NCBI GenBank assembly: GCA_963822945.1
Contig: CAWGJO010000027.1
Location: 160,001-224,000, forward strand
Length of the DNA stretch: 64,000 nt
Direction: 5' to 3'
Source of the DNA: an uncultured Gemmatimonadaceae bacterium
Lineage (GTDB): Bacteria > Gemmatimonadota > Gemmatimonadetes > Gemmatimonadales > Gemmatimonadaceae
Position 1 is the stretch's first letter; every line of letters begins with the position of its first letter. A program made the translations under genes and the position numbers. Positions 1 to 9,013 of the stretch are shown here, one piece after another. Below the pieces are notes generated by a model. The model had not been told where the DNA came from, ran no database searches, and saw nothing but the letters and a program-made list of their open reading frames with translations.

Positions 1-1322
1 ATCTCGAGCGGTTCGACGCGCAGTTCGCGCAACGAAGCCAACTGCGGAGGCGTGAACCAGAGGTCGACGACGGCCGTGTCGGCGCGTACCGCCCTTCCCA
101 CCTGCACCCAGAGCACCACGTCCTGGGCTCCCGCCACGACGGGAGTGCCCGGGCCCCCGCTGGTACGCTCGCGGAACGGACGCACCAGCCGTACCCTGAC
201 CGCCGGCTGGGAGTCGGCGGTGAGCAGCGCGGGGTCGAAGGCGCCGCTCCACGGCGCACGGAAGACCTGACGCAACGTCACGGCGCGATCGCCGACGACG
301 AGGCGCATCCGTGCCTCGTCGACCACCGTGCGCAGGTAGTCCACCACGGCAAAGAACGCTGCGGTCGAGCGCAGATGCACGTAGCGCGCGCGCTCCGCGG
401 CCCGATCCACGAACGCCACCGCGAACCCGCCGGCGGTGCTCAGCGCGGGGAACAGCGCCGGGACGCGATCCGGCGCACCCGCCGTGACGACGGGGGGATC
501 GAACCCCGCGAAGCTATCCGTCGGCGCCAGCACCGCCCGGGCATCGAGCAGCCGGCGACTATCCGGACCGCAACGGGAGACGCACGGATGCACCATGCGC
601 ACCTGGGCGGTGGTGGGCGGATACCGCAGCCGGCGCTCGCCCCCGGGCCCGGCGATGGCCGAGAGGATGGCCTCCGCCCGTTGCATGGCGGCCGCGTAGT
701 TCGCGTTCGGCGTGCGGATGAGGAGCACGCGCATGCGCAGCCGGTCCCCGTCGGGTACCGCCGGACCGGGGGCCACCCGATACGCGTAGAGACTGGGCTG
801 GTGCTCGATGTCGGCGAAGATGGATTGGACGATCTCGCCTTCCGCGCGGCGCCGTTCGGCGTCGATCGCGTCGCCGGCCGCCCAGAGATCCCCGGGCACG
901 CGGACGCTGGTGCCGGGAACCGGCGTGAGCGGCTGCTCGCGAATGCGCGAGACCATGGCGAGGATCCGCACGTGCACCGTGCCATGGCTGCGTGCGCTGT
1001 CGAGCAGGACGTAGCGGGTGACGATGCCGCGGCTCACCGTGTGGATGGAGTCGCTGACCACGCGATCGCCGCGTACGGTGATGGCGCTGGCGAGCATGGC
1101 GCCGGCCCCCGACTCCACGGCCATTCGAACGGCCTGCGCCAGCGCCGCGGCGAAGCCGGTGCCGCTGCCGACGGCCACCACCGGGATCGGCGGGTCGGCG
1201 GCGGCATCCGGCGGATGACGATCACCGCGGGGCGGCACGCGTTGGGCCGCGGCGCGCGCCGCGCCCGCGACCAGGATCGCGCCGATGGCGATCCCTCGCC
1301 ATCGCCTACGGACGCGGGTCAC
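1..1322 (-). CDS. Secreted protein with N-terminal FlgT_N/LPP20-like domain (partial, runs off left edge, >440 aa)
   Basis: Absent from the ORF track because there is no stop in the window. Manual translation from GTG 1322 (GTGA overlap with the upstream stop) is open to base 1: MTRVRRRWRGIAIGAILVAGAARAAAQ (signal peptide), then VVAVGSGTGFAAALAQAVRMAVESGAGAMLASAITVRGDRVVSDSIHTVSRGIVTRYVLLDS...GTVHVRILAMV. Confidence 0.7.
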   Translation of the reverse strand, partial: MTRVRRRWRGIAIGAILVAGAARAAAQRVPPRGDRHPPDAAADPPIPVVAVGSGTGFAAALAQAVRMAVESGAGAMLASAITVRGDRVVSDSIHTVSRGIVTRYVLLDSARSHGTVHVRILAMVSRIREQPLTPVPGTSVRVPGDLWAAGDAIDAERRRAEGEIVQSIFADIEHQPSLYAYRVAPGPAVPDGDRLRMRVLLIRTPNANYAAAMQRAEAILSAIAGPGGERRLRYPPTTAQVRMVHPCVSRCGPDSRRLLDARAVLAPTDSFAGFDPPVVTAGAPDRVPALFPALSTAGGFAVAFVDRAAERARYVHLRSTAAFFAVVDYLRTVVDEARMRLVVGDRAVTLRQVFRAPWSGAFDPALLTADSQPAVRVRLVRPFRERTSGGPGTPVVAGAQDVVLWVQVGRAVRADTAVVDLWFTPPQLASLRELRVEPLE

Positions 1323-1912
1323 GGCATCGAATCGCGCGGGATCGTACGCTCGAGCTCCCGGTATGCCTGCGTCGCGCGCAGGCGGGTATAGAGCGCCTCG
1401 TTCGCCTTCAGCTCCCGGAGCAGGCGTTCCGTCATGTCCGCCCTGGCGGCCGACATCAGGACGAACGCGCGGTAGCCGCCCGGTTCACGTTCGAGATACT
1501 GCGACCGGGGGGCGGTGTTGACGAGCGTCGTGTGCACGACCCCTTCGACGGTGCGCGTGAACTGGTCGAGGAGTTGCGTGGTGGAGTCGCGCCCCACCTC
1601 CTCCGCAAACTGCTTGTTCAGCACGTCGTAGGTGGCCTGCATCTGTTCGGCCAGCGTGGCCCGCGCGATCGTCTGCGCCTTGGTGAGGGCCAGCTGCATG
1701 TCCTCCGACGTCGCCGACGCCGTGGCGACGATCGTGCGATCGTCCCGCGGCGGGTTGACGTACCAGTCGGGCACCGTACGTCCGGCGTCGGCGGGTTTGA
1801 CGTCGGGCAGCGTGGTCACGTGCGTTCCCTGATGGCAGCCCCACGCGATCGCGGCGCTCACGAGGAGCGCGACGGGCACGAACGGACGGTGGCGCGGAAC
1901 ACTTCGATACAT
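1319..1912 (-). CDS. LPP20/FlgP-like lipoprotein
   Basis: ATG 1912 after AAGGAG; lipobox AIAWG-C; VPDWYVNPP...ATASATSEDMQLALTKAQTIARATLAEQ is an LPP20-type pattern. Confidence 0.7.
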   Translation of the reverse strand: MYRSVPRHRPFVPVALLVSAAIAWGCHQGTHVTTLPDVKPADAGRTVPDWYVNPPRDDRTIVATASATSEDMQLALTKAQTIARATLAEQMQATYDVLNKQFAEEVGRDSTTQLLDQFTRTVEGVVHTTLVNTAPRSQYLEREPGGYRAFVLMSAARADMTERLLRELKANEALYTRLRATQAYRELERTIPRDSMP

Positions 1913-1978
1913 TCGGGGCTCCTTGCCGCGGGGCCGGCGGTCCGCCCCGCGTGGCGAGTATGGTCCTTCGCCTCCCGA

Positions 1979-2006
1979 GTATCGACCGTTGGGGCGCGCG
2001 ACTTTA
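1979..2006 (-). promoter_or_regulatory. sigma28 (FliA) promoter for the lipoprotein operon
   Basis: Minus strand TAAAG-N15-GTCGATAC. Confidence 0.75.
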
Positions 2007-2024
2007 GCCGCCGGACTCGAGCAT

Positions 2025-2052
2025 TCAAGTCCGCACGGTATCTTGCCGATAC
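2025..2052 (+). promoter_or_regulatory. sigma28-type promoter oriented antisense to the EAL-HDOD gene
   Basis: Plus strand TCAAG-N15-GCCGATAC, the same boxes and spacing as the flgM promoter. Confidence 0.55.
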
Positions 2053-2080
2053 TCATCAACGCGGGGTCTGCCCGGCGGCG

Positions 2081-3301
2081 TTAGGCGGCGGTCAGCACCT
2101 CGCGAGCCCAGGTGCCCGCGTCGGTGTACCAGCCGCCCAACCGGTCGCCCACGCCCAGTCCGTCGGCCATCGCGATCATCGGCTCCCACGATCCCCGGAC
2201 GTACGACGAGGCGATGTCCAGGTACGGCGTCAGTGGCCCATTGGCGTGGAGCAGTGCGGACGCGACGTCGCTCGACACGTGCACGTGGCGCAGCAGGTCC
2301 CGCATCGTAATTCCCAGAATCGCGTCGAACTTCGAGAGCAGGCCGGCCAGGAACGCCGAGGCGGCCGCCTGAGGCCGGCCCGAGTGCATGGCGAGCAGCT
2401 CGCACATGCGGGCGAGTTCCAGGGCCTCGAACGCCAGTTCGCGCTGGACGCCGGTGCCGCGGGGCAGCGCGCTGGCCAGCAGCAGCGACAGCCAGCGGTG
2501 CAGCGTGCTGCGTCCCACGATCTGCACGGCGCGCTGGATGGAATCGATGCCCACCCCGCCGACGGCCGCGGAGTTGACGATGCGGAGCAGCTTGAGGCTC
2601 AGGCCGGGGTCGGTTCGGAATGCACATTCGAGTTCGCGATCCGTGGTCCGGGAATCCGACACCAGATTCATCAGCCGTGCGATCGCGCCGAGACCGGCGG
2701 GAAGGTCGCGGCCGGCGACGGTTTGCGGGCGCTGAAAGTAGTAGCCCTGGAACATGCTGAACCCCAGCGACCGGCAGAGGCCGTAGGTCTCGGGGTCCTC
2801 GACGCGCTCGGCCAGCAGCCGGGCGGGGTGCCGCGCGAGGCGACGGGCCACCGGGGCGAGCGTCTCGCGGGTGGCGCCCAGCACGTCGACCTTGACCACC
2901 TGTGCCAGTTCGAGCAATGGATCGTACTCGGCCCCGCCGCAGAAATCGTCGAGCGCGACGTCGAACCCGCGCGCGTTGAGGGCGCGAACCGCCGCCACCG
3001 TCTCGGGGTCGCAGGTCACGGTCTCGAGCACCTCGACCGTCACCTGGCGCGGATCAAGCAGTTCGTGCACGTCGCTCAGCAGCAGGTCGCGCGGGAAGTT
3101 CACGAACGCCCGTGACCCGTCCACCAAGCGGTCGAGGCCGATGGTGAGCAACGCCGCAACGAGCGTGGCGCTCGACATGCCCACCGGCGTGGCGCCGCCG
3201 GCGCCGGTGGCCGTGCGCGAGTCGCGGTACAACAACTCATAGCCGACCAGTTGATCGTCGAGGTTGAAGATCGGCTGCCGGGCGACGAAGACGTCCGACA
3301 T
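2081..3301 (-). CDS. EAL-HDOD c-di-GMP phosphodiesterase (YuxH/PdeH-like), catalytic residues retained
   Basis: ARQPIF, GYELLYR, FVNF, VEVLE, ALDDF, VKVD, LAERVE, FQGYYF, then HDOD (DPGLSLKLLRIVNSAA). Confidence 0.9.
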   Translation of the reverse strand: MSDVFVARQPIFNLDDQLVGYELLYRDSRTATGAGGATPVGMSSATLVAALLTIGLDRLVDGSRAFVNFPRDLLLSDVHELLDPRQVTVEVLETVTCDPETVAAVRALNARGFDVALDDFCGGAEYDPLLELAQVVKVDVLGATRETLAPVARRLARHPARLLAERVEDPETYGLCRSLGFSMFQGYYFQRPQTVAGRDLPAGLGAIARLMNLVSDSRTTDRELECAFRTDPGLSLKLLRIVNSAAVGGVGIDSIQRAVQIVGRSTLHRWLSLLLASALPRGTGVQRELAFEALELARMCELLAMHSGRPQAAASAFLAGLLSKFDAILGITMRDLLRHVHVSSDVASALLHANGPLTPYLDIASSYVRGSWEPMIAMADGLGVGDRLGGWYTDAGTWAREVLTAA

Positions 3302-3310
3302 CGGGAGTGC

Positions 3311-4516
3311 CTATGCCGCCAGCATGTTGCGCGCCCAGGCCCCCGCCTGCGCATACCAGATCGGCAGGTCGTCGACCACGTCGAGCTCCGAGGCGAGGAC
3401 GAGCGCGTCGTCCCATTTCGCCTGGCCGTAGAGGCGGGCGAGCGCGAGGTACCTGGCGTACGGCCCCGAGTCGTGGAGCAGCGCGGCCTCGACGTCCAGC
3501 GACACGTGGACCTGCCGCAGCAGTTCGCGGGGGGAGACCCCGAGCATGGCATCCACCGCCGAGAGCAGTCCCGTGAGGAATACGGAGGGCGCCGCACGGT
3601 GGTCGCCGTCGTTGATGGCCAGCAACTCGCACAGGCGTCCGCGGGCGAGGGCGGCGACGACCAGTTCCCGCTCGACGTCGCTGGATTGCGGGATGGTGCC
3701 CGAGAACAGCACCGAGAGCCACCGGTGCAACGCCGTGCGCCCGATGAGGCGCACGGCGTGCTGAATCGACTCGATGCCGACGCCGCCGATGGCGGCGGAA
3801 TTGACGAGGCGCAGCAGGCGCAGGCTCAGCCCGGGATCGACGCGGAACGCCTCTTCGATCGCGCGGTCGGTGGCGGTGGGGTCCTGGACCGCGTTCATGA
3901 CGCGGGCGATGCCCGTGACCCCAGTGGGGAGATCGCGGCGTTTCACGATCTGCGGACGGCTGAAGAACTTCCCCTGGTACAGCGATGCGCCGAGGGCGCG
4001 GCTGGTGTCGGCGGCCCGCGCGTCGTCCACGTGGTCGGTCAGCAGCCGGAGGCCGTACTTCGCCGCGCATTGCGCGGCGCCGGCGAGCACGTCGTCCGCG
4101 TCGTGCGTGGCGTCCACGCGCATCAGTTGCGCCAGCCGGAGGACGGGCCGGAACTCGGCGGCGGTCGCGTATGCGCCGACCGCCAGCGTGAACCCCGCGG
4201 CGCGCAGCGCGGCGATGGCCCCCAACGCCTCGTCGTCCGCGGGAAAGGGATCGGTCAGTTCGATCGCCACGTGCTGCGGGTCGAGCAGTTCGAATGCGCG
4301 ATCGAGCAACAGTGGATGGGGGAACCGCACGTACGCCGGCGTGTCCCCGACGAGTTGTTCGAACCCGACGGTGAGCAGGCCGGCGATCAGGGCGTGGCCC
4401 TGGCGGCCGGCGTCGCTCTCCGCTGCGGCGCCGACGGCCCGATACAGCAGTTCGTACCCTGCCAACTGATTCCGGGCATCGAAGATCGGCTGTCGCGCAA
4501 TGAGAATGTCGGGCAC
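3311..4516 (-). CDS. EAL-HDOD paralog with degenerate EAL active site
   Basis: Same architecture, but YVRF, LAVGAY, MRVD and LTDHVD replace FVNF, ALDDF, VKVD and LAERVE. Confidence 0.85.
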   Translation of the reverse strand: MPDILIARQPIFDARNQLAGYELLYRAVGAAAESDAGRQGHALIAGLLTVGFEQLVGDTPAYVRFPHPLLLDRAFELLDPQHVAIELTDPFPADDEALGAIAALRAAGFTLAVGAYATAAEFRPVLRLAQLMRVDATHDADDVLAGAAQCAAKYGLRLLTDHVDDARAADTSRALGASLYQGKFFSRPQIVKRRDLPTGVTGIARVMNAVQDPTATDRAIEEAFRVDPGLSLRLLRLVNSAAIGGVGIESIQHAVRLIGRTALHRWLSVLFSGTIPQSSDVERELVVAALARGRLCELLAINDGDHRAAPSVFLTGLLSAVDAMLGVSPRELLRQVHVSLDVEAALLHDSGPYARYLALARLYGQAKWDDALVLASELDVVDDLPIWYAQAGAWARNMLAA

Positions 4517-4572
4517 GGGTCGGGTCTCGGTTCGGGGGCGGCGGTGCCGCCGGCGGTGACGTGCGCCGGTCA

Positions 4573-4600
4573 GTATCGACCCGTGGACCGTGTGGCTTGA
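4573..4600 (-). promoter_or_regulatory. sigma28 promoter for the EAL-HDOD pair
   Basis: Minus strand TCAAG-N15-GTCGATAC. Confidence 0.7.
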
Positions 4601-4604
4601 CCGT

Positions 4605-5460
4605 TCACGGCGACCCGCGGCCCGGGCTCAGCTCCGGCGCGGGGTCGGGAAGCGCCGTCGTGTCGTTGCCGTCGGGAAGTTGATGCACGAAGGGGAGCAG
4701 AATGGTTACCCGCCGGTTGGCCGCGCTGAACGGGTGCGCGGGATCGCGCAGGTCGCGATCGGCCATGCCTTTCACTTCGGCAATGCGGCTCTCGGGCAGG
4801 CCGGCGGCTTCGAGCACGCGGCGCGCCGCGTTGGCCCGGTCCGCCGACAGTTCCCAGTTGGTGTACGTGCTCGTCCCATACGGCGCGGCATCGGTGTGCC
4901 CCTCGATCTCCACCGGGTTCTGGAGCGCGACCAGTTCGCTCCCGATCATCGTGACCACCCGCAGGCCGATGGACGTGAGCTGCGCCGATCCCCGGGCGAA
5001 GAACGTGTCGCCCGAATCGCTCTCGACGAGTTCGATGCGCAGCCCGTTCTGGCCGACGACGATCTCGACGTTGGCGGCCACCTTCTGCAGGCCCGGAGAA
5101 TTCGTGAGTGCCTGCTTGATCTCGCCGCCGGTGACCGAGAGCTGCTGCTGCTCGCGCATGTACGCCACCGTGCGGAACACGTTGGCCTGCAGGGCAGACG
5201 GGGAATTGCCAGTCGAGAGCGGGCTCCTGCCGCTCCCGTAGCCGTGGCGGTATCCGACCGGGTTCGAGAAGTAGCCCTCGACGGCGCGCTTCACGTTCTG
5301 GTCCATGCCCGACGATCCACATCACCAGGAAGAACGCCATCAGTGCCGTGACGAAGTCGGCGTACGCCACTTTCCATGACCCGCCGTGATGCGCGCTGTG
5401 AGCCGCCTTCTTCTTGACGACGCGGATGATAACCGGCCGGTCCTCTTTCCGATCGCGCAC
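4605..5460 (-). CDS. motB: Flagellar stator MotB (apparent +1 frameshift near 5309, likely sequencing error)
   Basis: N-terminal HHGGSWKVAYADFVTALMAFFLVMWIVG in one frame; OmpA-like domain IEGHTD...NWELSADRANAARR...NRRV in another. Confidence 0.9.
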
Positions 5461-5461
5461 C

Positions 5462-6319
5462 CTACGCTGCCTTCCGACGGGTAAGCGCTTCGAGCTCCTC
5501 GAACGACGGGCGGTGCGTGGGTTCGATGTTCCGGCGCGCGAATTCGGCGCAGGTCATGGGCGCATCCCCGCGCGAGAACGAGAGGAGCGCCGTCCGGATG
5601 CACGCCAGATACGCCGACTCGCCGCGCACCCGCGTCTCGATGGCCTGGGCGATCGGCGCGAAGAACCCGTACGACAGGAGGATGCCCAGGAACGTCCCGA
5701 CGAGGGCCGCGGCGACCTTCGAGCCGACCTCGGCCGCCGTCCCGTTGATCGACTGCATGGTCACGACCACGCCGAGCACGGCGGCCACGATCCCGAACCC
5801 GGGCATCGCGTCCCCGGCTCGAGCCAGGGCGCCCGGCACCACCGAGGCCTCTTCGTGATGCCGCTCCAGGTCGAGGTCGAGGATCTCGGACAGGTGGTGG
5901 TCCTCGACCGTTCCGCTCAACATGACCTTGAGCGTGTCGCACAGCAGCCGCACCGCGTGTTCATGGCTGCTGAAGATCGGATACCTCTGGAACAGCAGGC
6001 TCGCGCCGGGATCCTCGACGTGGGTTTCCAGCGCAATCAGCCCGTCCTTCCGCGCCGTCTGGAACACCTCGAACAGCATCTGCAGGAGTTCCGCGTACGC
6101 GGACTCGGAGAAGTGGCTGGGCTTGAGCAGCCCGAGCACGTCCCGGACGATCGCCTTCAACACGGAGGGCGGATTGCCGATCACCATCGCGCCGACGCCC
6201 GCGCCGCCGATGATGATGAACTCCGAAACCTGCAGGAGTACCGCCACGTGGCCATCGTGCATGGTGTAGCCGAGCAGAATACTGCCGATGACGATGACGA
6301 TGCCGACGATAACAGTCAC
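5462..6319 (-). CDS. motA: Flagellar stator MotA
   Basis: SEFIIIGGAG, ARKDGLIALE, DAMPGFGIVAAVLGVV, ALVGTFLGILLSYGFFAP. Confidence 0.95.
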   Translation of the reverse strand: MTVIVGIVIVIGSILLGYTMHDGHVAVLLQVSEFIIIGGAGVGAMVIGNPPSVLKAIVRDVLGLLKPSHFSESAYAELLQMLFEVFQTARKDGLIALETHVEDPGASLLFQRYPIFSSHEHAVRLLCDTLKVMLSGTVEDHHLSEILDLDLERHHEEASVVPGALARAGDAMPGFGIVAAVLGVVVTMQSINGTAAEVGSKVAAALVGTFLGILLSYGFFAPIAQAIETRVRGESAYLACIRTALLSFSRGDAPMTCAEFARRNIEPTHRPSFEELEALTRRKAA

Positions 6320-6365
6320 GGGGCACGCTTGGGTCGAGGTCCGAAAGAATTTTCTCCGGCGGTGA

Positions 6366-6393
6366 GTATCGACCGGTCACCGAAGAAACTGGA
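6366..6393 (-). promoter_or_regulatory. sigma28 promoter for motAB
   Basis: Minus strand TCCAG-N15-GTCGATAC. Confidence 0.6.
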
Positions 6394-6426
6394 CCCCGAT
6401 CGGAGGAATCGGCCCAACGTGCAATG

Positions 6427-6660
6427 CTAGGCGGAGTTGCGGCTCCCTGGCGGATCGAGCAGGGCGGCCCAGTCGGAACCTGCCCGCGCGCGGCGATTCT
6501 CCTCGGCGATCTCGATCACGATTTCCTCGCGCTGGATCCCGACGTGCGCCGGCGCATCGATCCCGATGCGCGCGCCCCCGCGGTCGCAGGCCAGGAGCAC
6601 GATGCGGATCTCCGATCCGATCATGATCGCCTCCCCCGGGCGGCGGCTCAGGATGAGCAC
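6427..6660 (-). CDS. csrA: Carbon storage regulator / translational repressor CsrA
   Basis: GTG start; MLILSRRPGEAIMIGSEIRIVLL...RIGIDAPAHVGIQREEI with C-terminal IAEENRRA extension typical of FliW-binding CsrA. Confidence 0.9.
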   Translation of the reverse strand: MLILSRRPGEAIMIGSEIRIVLLACDRGGARIGIDAPAHVGIQREEIVIEIAEENRRARAGSDWAALLDPPGSRNSA

Positions 6661-6661
6661 C

Positions 6662-8127
6662 TTATGGCACCATGTTGAGGATGGCCTGCGCCATGTCGTT
6701 CGCTGCCTGCACCACCTTGGCCGCGGCCGCATACCCCTGCTGGAACTGCATGAGCTTGGTCATTTCCTCATCCAGCGACACGCTGCTCACCGATTGGCGA
6801 CGCGTATTGGCCTGCTGGGCGAGCGTCTGATAGGTCGACGCGTCGTTGCCGGCCGAGCTCACGTCAGCGCCGAGGCGCGTGACCAGCGACTGGAAGCTGT
6901 CGCCGAACGAACTGTTGGGCGGCAGCCCCACCTGGGCGGCGAAGGCGGCAGCGCCCATCGTGGTGCTGAGCGCCGTGGCGCCGGTGCCGTCTCGGAGGGC
7001 GCCAATGGCCAGCGCCACCGAATTGTCGCCCGTGGACGTGGTCCCCGACGCGATCACCGAACTGTCGGCCTGGACGGCCGACGACAGCTTGATGGTTTCC
7101 GCGGTGGTTGCCGTCGGATCGAAGAAGTCGATGCCGCTGCCCGTGGGGCCGACGGGAGGCGCCCCATTCGCGACGCGGATGGCGTCGCCCGATGCCGTGT
7201 AGCCGGTCTCGTGAATCGTGTTCACGGCGTTCACCACGCCGCGCGCCAGCGCGTCGAGTTGGCTGCGTACCGACGGCAGTTCGGTCTGGAGGAACGTGAC
7301 CAGGGTGCCGAGCGACCCGCCGCCACCGGCGGAAGCGGCGTGGAGTCGCCGCTGACGGTGAGCACGGGGGCGCTGGGCGTGCCGCCCAGGGTGAGCGTTC
7401 TCGCGTCGGCGCCGCTGACCACCGACACGCCGCCCAGCACCACGTTTACCCCGCCGTTGGTGCCGTTCAGTACCCGCACCGGCGCCAGTTGCGACAACTG
7501 GTCGAGCAGGCGGTCGCGCTGGTCGAGCAGGTCGGGCGCCTGGTGGCCGCCCGACTCGCTGGCGGTGATCTGGCGGTTCAGATCGCCGATCTGCCGCGCC
7601 AGTTGGTTGAACGACTGCACGTTCTGATCGAGTTGCGAGGCGGCGCTCGCCTGGGCGCTATCGAGTTGGCGCGCGTCGGTGTTGAGCAGGTTGGCCAGTT
7701 CGCCGCCGCGAGCGCGGACGACCGACTGGGCCGATGGATCGCCCGGGGTGTTGGACAGGTCCGACCATGACGACCAGAAGGCGTCCAGCGATGCGGCGAG
7801 CCCGGTGTCCGACGGTTCGTTGAAGATCGACTGGACGCCGGTGAGCAGGTCCTGATGGAGCGAGGCCGCCGAGCTGTTGGCCGACTGTTCACGGTACGTG
7901 GCGTCGAGCAGCGTGTCCCGCGCGCGGGTGACGTCGGCAATGGTGACGCCGGTCCCGAACACCCCCTGCGGCGTGACCAGCGGCGGGGTGGCCGAGAGTT
8001 CCGCGCGTTGCCGCGAATACCCTTCGGTGGATGCGTTGCTGACGTTCTGCGCCACCACCTGCATGGCGCCCTGCTGGGCGCGGGCCGCGGTGCTGGCGAT
8101 GCTGAGAATGCTCGTGAGCGATGACAT
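6662..8127 (-). CDS. flgK: Hook-associated protein 1 FlgK (frameshift near 7323)
   Basis: QNVSNASTEGYSRQR at the N-terminus; RQSVSSVSLDEEMTKLMQFQQGYAAAAKVV at the C-terminus; the two frames join by one missing G. Confidence 0.92.
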
Positions 8128-8136
8128 GATCTGGCC

Positions 8137-8658
8137 TCAGCCGCACCGGTTGACGAGGAGGCCGCTGCGCCCGGCGCCGGCCGCCGGGGCGTCGCCATAG
8201 GTCAGCGCCGGCACCGCGCCGGTGAGACGGGCGGCGTGCGCATCGTTGGTGGCGAGGGCAGTGCGCAGGACGCGCCGCGTGACCTCGACCTCGGCCGCCA
8301 ACCGGCGAGCGGAGGCGCGGAGCGCCACCCGCGCGCTGCGCACATCATCGGTCATGCGGTCGCCGAGGAAGTCCTCGATGTCGCCGATCGGGATGTCGGA
8401 CCCGCCGAGGAGCCGGCCGATGCTCCGCCGCCGGTGCCGGGCCTCGTGCAGCGTGAACAGCACGCGCTGCATGGCGTGCGACGTCCGGTCTACGGTCTCG
8501 AGGTCGTCGGCGCCGATCGCGGAGCGCTGCCGTGTGACGATCGCGGTCAGCTCCTCGACCAGGCGGCGTTCGGTGGCGAGCACGTCGTGAATGGCGTCGA
8601 CGGCGCCCGGGGGCGCGTGGGAACCGGGCGTGGCCCGCACTTCGGTGGACTGGTGCAT
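8137..8658 (-). CDS. flgN: Flagellar export chaperone FlgN
   Basis: Helical ~173 aa protein between flgJ and flgK ending in TYG...GLLVNRCG. Confidence 0.7.
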   Translation of the reverse strand: MHQSTEVRATPGSHAPPGAVDAIHDVLATERRLVEELTAIVTRQRSAIGADDLETVDRTSHAMQRVLFTLHEARHRRRSIGRLLGGSDIPIGDIEDFLGDRMTDDVRSARVALRASARRLAAEVEVTRRVLRTALATNDAHAARLTGAVPALTYGDAPAAGAGRSGLLVNRCG

Positions 8659-8662
8659 GCGC

Positions 8663-9013
8663 TCAGCGCCTCGACGCCGAAGGTGGAATGGTCTGCGCGG
8701 CGTCGAGCGCCGCGTCGTTCCCAACCGGCGGGGTTCCGCCGGGCAGCCGGCTCGCCAGTTGGCGGTAGACGCTCTCGGCCAGGCCGTCGTGCCACTGCTG
8801 GGGTGCGGCGTCGGCGATCTTTTCGTCGAACAGGCCCGTGAACATGTCCTCTCCCGCGCCACCGTCGGCGTATCCGTCGTGGGGCACCGTCTGGCGCATG
8901 GCCTTGAAGAGCTGCTCCACGAAGACCCCCTCGAGTTGGTGCGCCGTGCGCCGGAGCCCCGCCTCGGGCGTTTGCGCGGTCGACGCGGCCGCGCTCGCGT
9001 TCACCGTTGTCAT
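8663..9013 (-). CDS. flgJ: FlgJ, rod-binding domain only
   Basis: LRRTAHQLEGVFVEQLFKAMRQTVP...GEDMFTGLFDEKIA...GLAESVYRQL; no muramidase domain. Confidence 0.85.
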   Translation of the reverse strand: MTTVNASAAASTAQTPEAGLRRTAHQLEGVFVEQLFKAMRQTVPHDGYADGGAGEDMFTGLFDEKIADAAPQQWHDGLAESVYRQLASRLPGGTPPVGNDAALDAAQTIPPSASRR

